Below, piece after piece: positions 12,709 through 26,943 of a stretch of DNA of 64,000 nucleotides (position 1 is its first letter; each line of letters begins with the position of its first letter). The notes under the pieces were generated by a model that was not told where the DNA came from, ran no database searches, and saw nothing but the letters and a program-made list of their open reading frames with translations. The stretch spans positions 1,340,916 to 1,404,915 of the forward strand of contig RHPI01001037.1 in assembly GCA_009103225.1 (NCBI GenBank). Reading direction: 5' to 3'. A program made the translations under genes and the position numbers. The stretch comes from Chlorokybus atmophyticus (Eukaryota > Plantae > Mesostigma and Chlorokybus algae).

Positions 12709-12758
12709 ATCATCATCATCATCGTCATCATCATCATCATCGTCATCATCATCATCAT
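12709..12758. repeat. (ATC)n microsatellite
   Basis: Directly visible. Confidence 0.95.
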
Positions 12759-13109
12759 GCGATGGTACACTTCAAGTAACTACAGCTCACTACGGTGGCC
12801 AGCAAGTCTGTGCACGCTAACCCACACAACTATGCACATACATTTTGGTGTTGAGCAAGCAACTATTGGCCAGTAAACAAGGGGACACTTCCGAGCGCGG
12901 GGTTGTCTTTGCAGCGCTCTAGCTGGGATTGCCACCACTGCTAGCATGTGTTTTCACTACTTTGTGAAATATACACAAATTGCTATAATCACTGCTTGTG
13001 TCCGCATATGTCGTGATGCTGGTCATGTCGCCGCAGACACTGGACTGCATGTATGGCACAACACACAGCATGAAGCTCCAGCATGAGACTTGCAGAGTCT
13101 GAAATGCAA

Positions 13110-15925
13110 TCACGACTTGAAGCTGTTCTGTGACTTCTCCGACAACCACCTTGCCAGGTGTGTTTCAAACTGCGGATGACAACCATTCAATCAACAAACC
13201 AAGGTGACAAGGCAGAAACAATGGCAAACTGTAACAACTGTAACAACTCTGTGATGTTGATACAATCATGGTACACAAACCTGCTGGCGGCAGTGTGTCA
13301 ACTGAGGTGGATCTTGCAGCTGCGGCGCGTGCAGATCCATGCAGTGACCGCAGTTGTCGCACTCTACGAAACAGTACGGCTCGTGCGCGCCTGGCGACCT
13401 GCACGAAGGCACAATGTGTCACAGCTTGGAACGACACAAATTCACTGAGAGGGAGGAGGAGACAATTGAACCAACCTACTTGGTAACGCTTGCCCATTGC
13501 CAGGGATCGTCACTGAAGTCGGTGAAGAATATGTTTGTCCCGTTGGGCGTTGCTCCACCATATTCCTGTGACCAGAAATTAACATTAGCAGCAACCTTAG
13601 CAGCAGCGTTTGCATTTCTTACGACATCCTTGTGTAAAACGTAACCAAGTGGTGCTGCAACAACAGTACTGTGTAGAATATATATAAGGTTTGTGACGTA
13701 TGCTATTGTACACTAGCGCTGTGTTTGGAGCCATGAGTACATGCCTGATTTGTCTGGCGTGTGTTTGGTGTGGCGTCTTTGCCGAAGATGTCCGTGCACT
13801 GTTTGAAGTGGTACACCAAGTCCACGACGTTCGAGCGCACACTGTTGCGCTTGGGAGCTGTCTGGAAGTAGGCAAGCTGACTGCACTTCTGCCACCGCCA
13901 GCTGCGCGCAGACGGCTGCCACCTGCAAACCAACAACACAGATGCACTGATAGTGCAAACATATGCATGATCACAGTTGTGCTCCACCATTGTAATTGTA
14001 GCATGTCGCTCAACATGGTGCTGTTTATATCAGTTGACTTTAAACATGCTTGCAGTTGTTAGCCTCATACCTTTATCAGTGCAATCAATGCTAAGAAAGG
14101 CACCATACCTTTTGCGATCTGTCATCAAGCAGTTGGTGTCGTAGAAGCAGCTTTTGCCAAAGCTAGCACCCCAGAAGGTGTTTGTGAAGCTTGCAAAAGC
14201 TGTCACCAGGATCTCTCGGGTCGCGTTCCTCAGAAAAGCACCGTGCTCTTCCAGATAGTTGCAGAGGGTCTGTCCATACAAGATGATAGACATTGCTTCA
14301 TCAAATTGATGTTGCTGTAAAAGAAGCCACTCACTGGCGCTTACCGCTTTTTGGCTGTATTGGATGGCCATAGCAGCAGAGTCGGCAAGCATGTAGAAGA
14401 AGTCAGCAGTGCTCAGATCGGCAGCGCCAAGCAAGCCCTTCACAGCTTCGCCCTGGCCTGCTTGCACAAATCAACATCACGGTTATGCACTCCAACACAC
14501 TTACAAACCAACATGCTCATGACCAGGCCATTCATCCCTGCACCTTCTGCAATGGCAGCCTCAAACGCAGCGGTAATGCGCTGCAAAGCCTTTCCACAAG
14601 TTAAGCCGGCAGCTCGAAACACCTGCATTGATGGTCATTAGTGCCCGTGTATACGATTTAAGACATATTTAGTGCTGTGCTAACTGCGTTGAAGTCCAGT
14701 GCCTGGCGGTCAAAGTCTGTGTATTCCAGGATGGCATTGACTACGCCCGAGCTTGATAGGGAGCCCGCAGTATAATCTGGGTACTTGAGCCTGAACCTGC
14801 ACCAATGTACTCTGTAAGTAGATACACTTGCGTTGCCATGCAGCAGCAGGTGAAGGCCACGTTACCATGCTGATAAGGCTCCAGCATAGCTACCGCCGAA
14901 AGTGAACCACGTAACATTTTTCACTGCAACCATTGTGACAAAGATGGGTGCGTTATAAACAACTACCTCAGCCATACAGTGCATATAGGAAGTGTGCTCG
15001 AGTGCATATGCGCCAACGAGCAATACCACAGTACATAGCATGCCATTGAAGTAGTCGATAAAGACCGCAATGTCCGCAAGCGCTTGCTGCGTGTTCAAAT
15101 ACCTGCATGACATACATTAGTTACAACAAACACAAGCTGAGAGATGGTTAGCATAGCTTGCAGCAGGAGTGTGTACATGAGGTTGTCGACAGAGAAGTCA
15201 TGTCCGGGCACGGATTCGCCATAGAAGCGATGCTCAAGGGTGACCATCATTGCCTGGTGCTTCTCGGCCAGCACCTCAATAAAGCCTCCACCCACACCTC
15301 CCAACGGCCCCTCACCACCTACACGATAACACGCATAACAGCAACACCCAATTTCCCTTAGCTACTTTCCACCGTGTGGGATGGAGCAAGCAGCAGACAA
15401 CTGTACATGCAAAGTAAGTGTAACATTGATGGCTGACCTATTTGTAGGAACACAGGCCCAGTCACAGGGTTCCAATGTGTCTCGTCAACATAGTACTTCT
15501 GCCTGAAGGTAGCCTGCATGCGTACATGGCCATCATCAGTTCACGGACGCCGTAGCACAGTCTGTTTCACCGGGCTGTTGAGCATGCAAGTGTGTCGCTC
15601 CGCTTTCAATGGCAGTTTGTATATTGTGACCTTGGCTTGAAGCTACATCACTACAAGTTATCATGCAATGCAACTGTGCGTCAGTCAAGCACCTTGGCAT
15701 TGCTGAAGTGGTCCAAGCGCTGCACGAAGTACTTCTTCACTCCAGCGTTGGGCAGCAAAGCTGACAACAGCGCGACGGCAAGCACAATCTGTCAAGGAAG
15801 GTCCCAGAAGCAAAGCACACAGCGCATGAACCACGTTGTCTGTGTTGACTCACTGTTGTATTGACACTCTCACTCTTCTTCTTACTGACCTGACAGCTGG
15901 GCGCCAAGCAGTCCGCCCCGCGCAT
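13110..15925 (-). CDS. Serine carboxypeptidase S28 (prolylcarboxypeptidase-like), multi-exon; start codon uncertain (15925 or about 16040)
   Basis: Exons give YFVQRLDHF, TFRQKYYVD, GGEGP, LEHRFYGES, YLNTQQALADIAVF, FGGSYAGALSAW (catalytic Ser), FRLKYPD, WQKCSQLAYFQTAP, FSDDPW (Asp), CGHCMDL (His) and final exon FETHLARWLSEKSQNSFKS*. Confidence 0.93.
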
Positions 15926-16452
15926 GTTCCGGCAAGGTGTCCAAGGCAAGGCCTCCTGCAACTCCTCCACCACCGATCACAACAACAACCACAGCGAGCG
16001 ATACCGGCAGCAGCTGCTGCCACCGCCGCCCCCGTGACATCGCCGCTGCGAGCTAAGCTAAGCGAAGCCAAGCTCAGTCTAGCACTCAACAGCTAGCTCT
16101 GACGCTGTGAAGCGACCTATACATGTAGCATCAAAGCCGAAAAGCAAGCTGCTCGCTTTGGTTGACTCAAGGTGGGCGCCTCTGCAGCAAGCAAGCTAGC
16201 GAACAGGGTGATTCGTTGAGCTCTAGAGCAGATTTACCACTGAGCTAGCATGCTGTGCTGCCAACATGCATTGACGCTGAGCTGCACTTGCCCAGGCATG
16301 TATTTTGCAGGATGCCAGCATGTGAGCAAGCCACCAACAAACGAGAAACAAACTGACAAGCCGAGAGAAAGTAGTTGGTAGTTGCCTACTTGAAGCATGA
16401 GCTTGGCACCTTCCCAGTTCAGGATGTGAATGTGTGCTCCAAGCTGGTGGCG

Positions 16453-18327
16453 ATGGTGTGGACGGCGGGGGCGGCGGCGGCGGCGGCGGTGGTGGTGGGC
16501 GGTGGGAGTGGTGCTGCTGGTGCTGGGGCTAGGCATAGGAGAGCGGGTGTCACTGTTAACGTGAGCGGTGAGGCTCTCATGCGGCAGCGCAGCATGATGC
16601 TGATGGCTGCCGCTTCGCAAATTGTCGCTGTGGCCGGCTGCTCAAGAAGCGTGAGCATGCGGCCAAGCGTATCGTCCTCCTCCTCGTGCTCAGCTTCACC
16701 GTCGGTGTCGGGATCTGTCTCCGGATCGCCGCCTGGCAGGCTGGTGTCGTTGGTCAGGTTAGCCAGGCCGTCCTGGCAGCCTCCTGGCAGCTCTCACAGG
16801 CGAAGCAGGTGCACCGTCTGCTCAGCAACGCAGTCATCTCAACAGCTGCCTCCCAAACCGGTATGCAGCAACACTGCACAACCTTGCTGCCGTGCGCTCC
16901 GATCTCCATGCTCATTGTGCGTAGTTTTGTATTTGTAAAGCAGTACTGGGCAGCACCATGTGCCGATATTTTTCCGCATGCTTAACAACCACCTCTAGAC
17001 GTGCATGTCACCTAATCCGACGTGACTGCATGTGTACGGCCTGCAGCTCAAGTGCATGTATGAATCAGTAGTCAGCAGTGTATAAGAGATAGTATGCTAG
17101 ATTAGTGTGTGGCAAGCACACTCTCTATCAAACACTAGATACTGAAGTGCAACTCTTTGACACAGTTTGTTGGCTATGATCAGAATTTGCATCACAGAGA
17201 CGGCGGAGCATTTGTTCAAATGTGCAGTTACTCAGTCGTTTGAGTGCCCACACTGCATTTGCTCTCAACATGGAAGGAAATCTTGGCATCAGGCTGCATT
17301 GGTGGGAACTGGCAATCACACCGTGGCGTGTTTGCACAGGCCAGCTTGCAAGCCGTGCGGTTCTGCTCAGCATGCGGCGCAGCAACGGAGCTTGCGATAC
17401 CCCAAGACGAGCACAACTGGCGGGCAGTGTGCACGGGATGCGGTCGCATCCACTATCAGAACCCCAAAATGGTCAGTCGAGTCTTGCTGTTGGGTCTGTT
17501 ACCTGCACGCAATGACCCGCGTGCACACATACAACCTCACTGACATGCCTGTTTCACACAGGTTGTCGGTTGTATTGTAGAGACAGAAGGCAAGGTGTTG
17601 CTTGTACGGAGAGCTATAGAGCCATGTTACGGCATGTGGTAAGTGGCTTGCAATGCTGCAGCTTCTGCGCTGTTCCTCAAGTTGTAGCATTGATGTTGGT
17701 ATGTCAAGGACGCTTCCAGCTGGGTACATGGAGTTGCATGAGTCAAGTGCAGAGGGTGCAGCACGTGAAACGCTCGAAGAGGCATGTGCGCATGTGAGGG
17801 TAACAGCGCCGTTCATGCACTTGGACATTCCTCACATTGGTCAGGTAAGATGCACATGCAATAAGCTTATGTCAAACGATCAGCAATGAGTATATATTGT
17901 GAACCCGTGTCAACTTGTAGCGCAGGCGTACATCATTTTTAGGGCTTCCTTTGTGGACCCCAACTTTGCTGCCGGCACCGAAAGCCTCGAGGCAGTGCTG
18001 TTTGACCTGAGTAGCATACCATTTGACAAAATCGCTTTCTCAGCTGTGCGAGTCACACTACAACAGGTGAGTCACATTGTGCTAACTCATCAATGACAGC
18101 AAATTGACGTGTGCATCTCTGTGGCAGTATGTGGCGGATGTGGCAGCGGGTCATTTTGGCATGCACCATGGCGTCATCGACAAAAGGTATGTCTGCTGCA
18201 TTATGTGTTGGTTCTCCAATGTCTTGATCCAAGATACTGATTGCAAGTGTTGTGCGACAGGCCTGGCGCGCATCCGTCCGACGCGAATGGGTTTGTTGTG
18301 AGGGATTTATTGTTAGTGCCTGGGTAA
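16453..18327 (+). CDS. NUDX23: Nudix hydrolase 23-like (plastid FAD diphosphatase) with zinc ribbon; start codon uncertain
   Basis: RFCSACG...[16 protein letters not shown]|VVGCIVE...|[26 protein letters not shown] (Nudix box)...LDIPHIGQ|AYIIFRA...FAAGTESLE...IPFDKIAFS; long Ser-rich N-terminal targeting exon. Confidence 0.92.
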
Positions 18328-19359
18328 CATGTTGCTCTGTTGGACAAACTTTCTGTGTACATTTCGTAGAGTATGTGTATGTAGTACTGCAACGCTGAAG
18401 TTATAACATGTCAAGTGAGATCATGCCATGTCTGTCTTCTTGCGGGCACCAGAATAACTTCAGAAATGCTTGCATGTTGAAGACCACAAGGCGTTAAGCG
18501 CAGCATGCATATAATGCAATACGAAAAGCCTGAGCATGTTGGCACAATGTTTGTTGCATGCAGACAGCAACCTGTGCCATCACCATTCTGTTGCAACAAT
18601 GACGTACACATGTATGCCCCCCTGCATGCACAGCACATAGCGCACTTGATGTAGTGAGGAGGCCCGGGGTGTCATTGAAGATGCTGCTCTGTCTGCTGGT
18701 GTGGTGAGTGTTGACATGGCTGGTTGCTGAGCGTGTTGTGTCCAGTGCGTTGTACACCCTATGTTTATGTAGTAAGTGTTTCCTCATATACATCAACCAA
18801 GACTAATAGCAGGCTGATCCACTGTATACGGTATGAGAGACATGCAAGCTTGTGTATGTACAAACTTGTAACCACCAGACTGCTGCACTGCCACAGGCAA
18901 TGGTGGAGCAAGTAGCGCCGTCTGCAGAGGACAGCATGAAGAATCGCCGATTGCTGAATTACACTTGAGGGTGCAGGTACTGGTACTTGTACAGGTCATG
19001 TAGGAGACCTTCATGATCTAACATTGACAAGGGCAATGCTCTGTGTTGGCACGGTGTCGTGCTGAATGCCAGTTTGAAGCAGCCCGGGTTCTTCGCGCGG
19101 TGGTGGTGGGAAGGGGGGAGCTCAACAGCGGTGCTTGGCCAGCGCCTGTGTTGCATCAGCTTCCGAAGCTTGTCTCGACAACTTTCGTAAGTACGCCATC
19201 ACTGCTGCACGCGCTGCTGACTTCAGCAAAACTGCCTTTTGGGTCCTCTCCACAGCTGCGAGCGCAGACAGCCTGCACATCCTCCAGACTGGTCAAGAAG
19301 CCGCGCTAAGCAACATGCGAATACACAAATGACTGCGTGCACGTGCACTGTGGAAGGTA

Positions 19360-21094
19360 TAAGTCACAAACCGTTTATTGTTGAGCGCCTTGCAATCTGC
19401 ACCAATTTCAACCAACAGCTTGGACACCGCAAGGCGCCCAGCAACAGCAGCATAGTGCAACGGTGGATCCCCGTTGCGGTCGCGACCGCAGAGATCAAAG
19501 CTTCAGTGCTGGAACAAAGCCTTCACAAGCGTGCCATTTATCCTCTTCCACCATTGCTGCGGCCTGCATGACGACATTGTATGAGGTGCTTCAGCAAAGC
19601 GCACGACAGCAGTGTGAAGGTAGATTGCCCATGCCCAGATTTACCTCATCACGCCATGAGCAAGCCACTTGAAAGGGTGACCTGCCATCTGCTTTGGCTG
19701 CATTCGGATTGGCTCCCGCTTCCAATAGCCACGTTAGCACTGAACATGTCCACCTTTGGCGGCGACAAACAGCGGAGTTTCGGTGTCTTTGTTCATGCTA
19801 AATACGGCGAAAGTACTCAACAACTCTGTGCGCAACGAACAAGCAACAACTAACTGCAATTGACAGCATATGTACCTGTCGCTGTTCAGCTTACAACCAG
19901 AGGCCTCAATTTCGTTCGCAAGAAGGATCCCCAGAAGGTCTATTTTGTCAGCGTTTACTGCCATGTCGACAGCCTGATTACTGTCTTGCAACAGCATTCC
20001 CCTCGAATAGGGTTGCTGTACAAGCCATTCAACAGCTCTTGTGAAGCCCCTGCAACACAGGTTGTTTCTGACACAATGACCCACACTGACATTGCTTCCC
20101 CACTTGTACCCTGAAGCAAGTTTGAATAGGACCGCGTACAAAGTTGCCCCGCTATTGACTAAGTGCAAGAGAAGTCTGCTTGCATACCTCACCTGTTTAT
20201 GAGAACATGTGGTAGTGTTTTGGTCGCAGCGGAAATCATCTGTCCCAGTTGCGGATGGAACCGAGCACGAACTGCAACAGCGCACAAGCCACCTTGTCCG
20301 AGGGCGTTCTAGTGTCAAGCAGCTGAGCAAACTAAATAATCAGCCGATCAAGCTTGCGCAGCTCTTGCGGTTTGAGTTGTTCAGTCGCCAGCAGACTGAA
20401 ACCAGTGTAAAATGTTCCACCCTGCACAAACAGCCATGCAACAGCAAGTGAGTACTCGCCCGACCCAACCTGGCGTAAGTTTGACTGGTAAGTACGACAT
20501 ACACCTCATTATCAAGGACGTCAAGCTCTTCCGGTAACAACTCTTCCGTGACCGTAGGCATGAACGCCTTGCGAACAGATGCCTCGCGTGCCCATCTGCG
20601 AGCTCTCGTGTCCACGCCGCATAACTTGCACAGATCCCGCCAGCTCAGGCCATGGTTGACAATGCCCAGCATAACATCATTGGGCAGATTCAACAGCCTG
20701 TCTACCTGCCACGAGGTGCACGAAACCGTCAGTCGAGTAACAACTGACCGACATGTCGTGGTCCAGTACAACCGTGATCATCAACATCCCCCTCTATTGG
20801 TCAAAGCTTACCAGGTCTGGCCCTGTTGGTTGGGTCGACCTTTCTGGTGTCAAACTTGGTTGAATGCTACTCGGCGTAGAATGGGTGCTCTGTCACGCCA
20901 TGCACCGCCACGAGGCTCTATATGCAGTTGGACTTGACGTGGCACAACTTGAACCTTCCCACATATTAACACCTGACGTCCACACTGGATCACTGCTCTC
21001 ATAATAGAATAGAGATTGTCATACCAACCTCGTTTTCTCTAAGCTGGCGAGCTCTCTTCTTGACCTCGTCCTCCCGCGCCTTTCCCGCCTGCAT
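19360..21094 (-). pseudogene. F-box plus ankyrin-repeat gene, apparently disrupted; ends approximate
   Basis: F-box-like LLNLPNDVMLGIVNHGLSWRDLCKLCGVD. The ankyrin repeat ETPLFVAAKGGHV/VLTWLLEAGANPN is split by a 1-nt frameshift near 19741. An in-frame TGA at 19505-19503 precedes GDPPLHYAAVAGRLAVSKLLVEIGAD. Confidence 0.65.
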
Positions 21095-22206
21095 GGCCCC
21101 ATGGCATGGCAGCTCCCGCTTCGTCATGACCGAGATGCCTCACTACCACAGCAAATGCTTCATACCAACAATCTCTTTCGTAAGTAAGACTATCTACGCT
21201 CTTGCCACCGCCAGCTCCTCGTCCTCATCCACCACCCCCGCCGCCCCCGCCGCCGCGCACAATGCATGCCACGCAAGCACGCATTCATAGCATTCAAACA
21301 ACAACGGGACAGGCAGCGCAGCCAGAACAGGCAGCGAAGTCGTCCAGACAAGAAGAGGATCCATCTCGCCTTCCGTTTTGCTTCGGCACTTTGCGTCGTT
21401 TCGGAAGCCAACTCAGCTTTGTGCGAGAATATTGGCCAGCTATTGATGCTGTCTCGGCGTGTTAGTTAGCGCTGATCGGCGGTGGCGTGAGCATTGTGGT
21501 CGACAGCTTGGCTGTGGAGCGTTGCTCATAGAGATCTAAGTCGTCATTACTACTTAGAGGTGGATCTCTGCTAGACGCCAGCAACACTGCCCCTCTGCTT
21601 GCTGCCTGGAACTCACCAGGCCATCAAGTGGCTTGCTACTGGAGGAGCGGTTGTGTGACGGTTGAAGCTGACAGGTGCCCTATCACGCAGGTGAACACAC
21701 TTGCACAGCCTCGTGCATGTGCGTATGCAACAAGCTACAGACTAGCTGAAGCTGTCTTATAAATTCCAATTTGTAATTGGTTGTCCTCAATGTTCAATGT
21801 TGCGTCCTTACCTTTCCTGCAGCAGCTTGTCTTACGTTCACAGTCTTCAGGCTTCGTTAGAAGCAGAGCTTCAGCAGAGCTCAACACAACGGCAATGAAC
21901 ACGCCTTGCTGCCGATGACGCTGACTGATTGCTCTTGCAAGCTCTCCTTTAGCATGCACTGGTGACGCATATCAAGCATGTTTCACTGCTTTTGCTTGTT
22001 GTGTCGGTAGTATAAATGCTTGTATTTCCAAGCACTCATTGCAAACATGGAGACCGCATGCATGCATGTGCGCGAGTGTCTTTGTCAGTTGTCATATGCG
22101 ATAGTCCCATACTTTACTCAGTAATTAAATAGAATCTCAATGTTGCAGATGGTAGACGTGCAAATGCAAGGGCAGTAATCACAGCCCATCAGCAGCAATA
22201 CCAAGT

Positions 22207-24390
22207 ATGAAGAGCGCTGATGCAGATGGACGCGACATCGCGGTTGTTGAGAAGCAATCCAGCGGCAAGCAGAGCTTGCAGCTGCCATCCCTCCCCCCCA
22301 TGCAGCTGGGTGTGGGCAGCCTACAACCACCGAAGCTGCGTGTGCCCGCACTCAAGTTTGGGACGGACACAGGTATGCGTGTACATTAGTATGTTGGCAC
22401 CAACACTGGTGGTTCAGTGGTAGTATCATGCAGCATCATAAAACATCAGATTGCAATTGAGGTAAGGTTGCAGGCTGGCTCAGAGAATTACCGTAGACAT
22501 TGTGATGCATCACATACCGCGCGTTTCCAGGATTGCACGCTCGGTGCGTTGAGTGTAGTCCCTGCTGCACCGTTGCCTCATGCGCTGATGTGCAATTTCT
22601 CGCAGTCAACCACATCCTTGCCGGCACAATGGCTCGTACAATTGCACAGGTGAGTGCTCTTCCTCTCTCTCCCTCTCTCCCTCCCTCCCTCCCTTCTCCT
22701 CTCTCCAAAAAGGTTCGTGACACGCAAGCATGATTGTGCGCTCATATGTCGACGACATGAATGCAGGCGTTTGTGCATCCAATAGATACGATTAAGACAC
22801 GACTGCAAGCAGTGAAGCCACCTAGCAAGTTGCAACGGTGGCGAGAGAAGATACACACCAAGCACATTCATATTGGCAACGTGAACATCGACAACTGGTG
22901 GTACAAAGGCCCAAAAGACATCTACCTGGGGCTGACCTGTGCCGTCATCGGCACCATCCCCACGGCTCTCGTATACTTTGCCGCTTACGAATGTAAGTTG
23001 CATGTGTTTGTGTGTTTGCACGCCAGCTGTCTGTGCTCAGGCACAATGCTTGCTATGCTAACCACCTCCCTTTGTCATCAGTCAGCAAGCGGCAGTTGGA
23101 GAAAATACTGCCACCAGAGGCTGGTTCGTTTGTGCATATTGGCGCAGCATCCACAGGAGCATTAACATCAGCTTTTGTGCGGGTCAGTTCTGAGTAGCAG
23201 GCTCTCTATGCTGAACGGAGCCAAATCTGAATTCTGCTTAGGACTCAGCGCATTTTTATGCTTGTGTACAGGTGCCAGCAGACACTTTGAAGCATCGCGT
23301 TCAGGCTTATGTTGCACCAGGATGTAAGCCATGCACAGCCTGTAATAGTTACACTTGCTTCATCTGGTGCATGTTAGTGAGTGCAGTGGCTCATTTCGGA
23401 CAGTTGTGGAGGCTGCGAAGGATGTTGTCGCCAAGAAAGGACTTCGTGGCTTTTACTCTGGGTTTGCACCGACTGTCATGCGAGATGTCCCTGAAATTGC
23501 CATTCAGGTGATAAACTGACTGCCTCTCTGATTGCAATGTCCATGGAGACCTCAATCCGTGAACTAACCCAAGCGCCTGCGTACAGTTCACGGTGTACGA
23601 GTTTTTGCGACGAAAACTTGAGAGGTCGCGCCAAGTCAAGAAGTTGAGGTAATCAGTTGTTTGCTGGTTTATTGCCGTGTGCAGGAAATTGCAATGGTCA
23701 GAGGTTGTCGATGCACCAAGTATTGGCATAACTGTTGCTGTGCAGGACATGGGAGCACCTGTTGCTTGGGGGGCTAGCAGGCTCTGGTGCAGCACTTTGC
23801 ACCATGCCGGTAAGCCCTTGTTGCACAGTGAGATGCGCCGCATGCTACACATGTTGGGTTCATCACTGTGTAATATGCTGACTGATTGCCCGCACATGTA
23901 GCTGGACTTGGTGAAGACACGACAGCAGTGCGGCCTTCAGGGAAGCGTCTTGTCTGCTATGAGATCTGTTGTAGAGAAAGATGGCGTTGGTGGCTTGTGG
24001 GCAGGACTGGTAAGTGCCTTGTCGCATCAGTTGTAGTTTAGCAGCTTGCAAGTGCCCCACCTCTTATGTTAATGAGATGCAGTGGTTGTTTTTGTTGTCA
24101 ATGCAAATGCTTACATGCAGGGACCGCGGTTGACGCAAGTGACCATCATGTCCGCTGTATTTTTCGGGTTGTTTGAGTACTGCAAGCTGGTAAGGCTACT
24201 GCCAATGCTAAGAGCGGTTAGAGCTTACTGCCATGGTCAGAACAGGCAGGACTTTGGTCGGCTCATGTGTTCCAATGCTCTGCAGGTTGTGAAGCCAGAT
24301 CGGATGCCGGATGATGCGCTGCTGTTACCCAAGCTTGTGAGGAAGCGCAGGGACAAGATCTGGAAGCGGCAGTTCGTTTATGCCGAGTAA
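22207..24390 (+). CDS. Mitochondrial carrier family (SLC25) protein, S-adenosylmethionine-carrier-like, with N-terminal extension; true 5' end may lie near 21263
   Basis: Three carrier signatures: HPIDTIKTRLQ, VPADTLKHRVQ, MPLDLVKTRQQ. Also GFYSGFAPTVMRDVPEIAIQFTVYE and GPRLTQVTIMSAVFFGLFE. Exons join in phase. Confidence 0.9.
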
Positions 24391-26004
24391 GCCATGTGAG
24401 TTTAGGGACATAGACCTTTGCACACGCCTGCCATGACTAGCCTTTCTGGGGTTGTGCCTTGGATGTCTCTCACCGATCGCTTCGTAAACAGCCCTCATCG
24501 CTGGTGGCCGGTGGTGATGTAACATGCGGGCAAGGCTCCACACAGGGCCGCTGTACTTTTACACCTCACAGACAGGTACGCAGCACATGGTATCCACTAC
24601 AAGTATACCCATGTTAACACATTGCATGCCCAGTGTCAGCCCCTCACAATCCATCCTGCCAGCCACTGGGCTTGAAGTGTCAAGAGACTGTGCTGAGATT
24701 ACAACTTGCACGCCTAGTGTTGAAAGCAAGTTGCCTGCCTCAGCGTTCATTGTGGATCTGCTTCTGTACATACTGGGAGGCACACAAGTGCTGACATGTT
24801 TTGGCATGCAGGTTGTTGGACTTCAAGCTTGTGCTACACGTCCAAGACATTATACAAGGCACATTTACGTGAGGCTATGTTCATAGACCTAGCAGTCCTG
24901 TGCAGTATGGTGCCAAGTAGTGTCCACATGTTCGTTAGCATTGCCGGAATGCCGGCTGCGCACAAACTGTTGGTGATGCCAGTTCCGTCAGGTAATGAGT
25001 GTACTGGCATCTTTCTCACCAGATGATACAGGATGCTGATGTGCATGCTCATCAGTTGACATAGCCTGGTTGCTTGCTTGTATGACTATGGCATGTCTTG
25101 TTTGGGGGCCTCTCTCCACGAGCTCATCACCAACCGTGCGCGCTGTGTGGTACAGCACCGAGGATTGTATACATCTCATATGACAGGATACATGTCCATG
25201 TACAGGAAGCGGTGTACATTGCTGGCTTAGGGCATGGCTCTGCTGGAGGGCAACAGTGGCCGTAAGCACAGCTCCGGCTGGCCACAAACACCGATTTATT
25301 CTCGCGATGACCCTATCAGAAGTGGTGGTGTTCTTGGCGTGAAGGCTGTGCACCTAATGCATGCTAGCGTTTTATTGAGTAGTAGTTGTCAGTTGTGTTG
25401 GTATGTTCGTTGACTTGAATTGGATTGGCGTTATGGCTTTAACATCGAGAGCTTGTCGCGTGAGTCATATTATACAAGGCGAGCGTTTCATGTCGTGCAA
25501 TAACACATCTTGAGAGACTAATACAAGGCATCAACGCCTAGAGCAGGCTTGCGCGCGGGCCTTGTGATGAGGGCAAATGGTTACCCCCCCCCCCCCTCCC
25601 CCCTCTTTTCTGTTTTAGGGGTAAAGCAATATTGTATTCGTGGATCCATACAAGACAATGCCATCAAAGTAGAATTCGTAAGCAGCACTGAACAATCATG
25701 TATAAAGTTGCGAGCACGGTAATGCTTGCATGTAGCTCTTATTGCATACCTACGCACCGCAATAACAATCTGCATCTGTAAGAAAGATTGTTGGCTTTAT
25801 GTTGAGAGCTTCAATGAACAAAAGAGTGTAATACTAGTCTTGAAATGATCGGTTCACTGTTGGGTATGTAGGATACTACTATTACCAATACACGCCTGGT
25901 TTCGATTGCCATGATAAATGATAGTAATGCACAGCTGAAGGCGGGGCGCCAAAGAGTTTTGTGCTTGTTACCCTGTGTCTTATCATCAAACATCGTCACT
26001 GAGG

Positions 26005-26940
26005 TCACCTCGGCAAGGTGGCATACTGTACATCGTCGTCAGTAGTCCATGCAAGTAGCATATTCAAATACAAGAGCTTGTTGAGTTGTCCTGGCGTCAT
26101 TTCTGTCACGCCTCGATCATTCTCCACGGACTCTTGAACATGAAATGACACCACATAATAGTTCATTCTGTTCAGTAACTGGTCTTCCTCATCCAAGGTC
26201 AGACAGAAATTTTCTTCCATGAATGCGACACCATCGTCCACAGGCACGACAGGTCCTTTGACAATCACCTCATGTTCATAGTCTGTGGATCTGTCATCGT
26301 CCCATTCACACGTGTGGCCGCCGTCGCGCACAATAGTGTTTAACAAGCACGCCATCTTGCCATCGCTCTTGCGCACAACTTGCACAATCATATCGACGCA
26401 TTTCTCAAAATTGCTCGGATGCACCTCTACCGCGAACTCTTTCAAATTGTCGCCAAGTACAAGCAACTGCACAACACCAGTTGCATCAACACTCTGCAGT
26501 CACACGCGACAACGCTACCAGCATGACACACGACATGCATGTCTTCATCGTACCTGCTGAGCAATGCTGGAGTGTACAACTTTATCATCCTTGTAGATGT
26601 GAAGCATGAACAAAAAATGCTGTTAGTTGTGCTGGGTTTAACAGGGCAATGCACGGCAATGCTGTTCACTCAGTACCAGCTGCTGCAGAAGAATGCTATG
26701 ACAAGTCAGTGCACACCAGTCGCACACCATTCCCTTCATGCAATGCGGCATAGAATGAATGACAGTCTACACATATTGTAGGAGCGCACAGTAGGTCCAT
26801 CATGACCCCAACCGACTTGATCTGCATAATTGCTTTGCTTCAACAAGATGCCAACTCGAGCAAATTATGCACAAGACTGCTTGAAGGACACAACATGCCC
26901 AAGGCATACACTCGTCTCTGCCTCCTGCCTTGAGTGCCAT
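26005..26940 (-). pseudogene. Decayed F-box-like gene immediately downstream of MINPP1; intact 155-codon last exon
   Basis: ATG at 26940. The frame reads MALKAGGRDEYALGMLCPSSSLVHNLLELASC*SKAIMQIKSV (F-box-like pattern, internal stops). A frameshift then gives HFLFMLHIYKDDKVVHSSIAQQ, spliced GT-AG to the open exon LLVLGDNLKEF...YATLPR*. Confidence 0.4.
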
Positions 26941-26943
26941 CAA

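Noticed and set aside
24400-25400. Several 70-120-aa ORFs downstream of the carrier gene
   Set aside because: No consistent splicing or motifs; probably 3' UTR or decayed sequence
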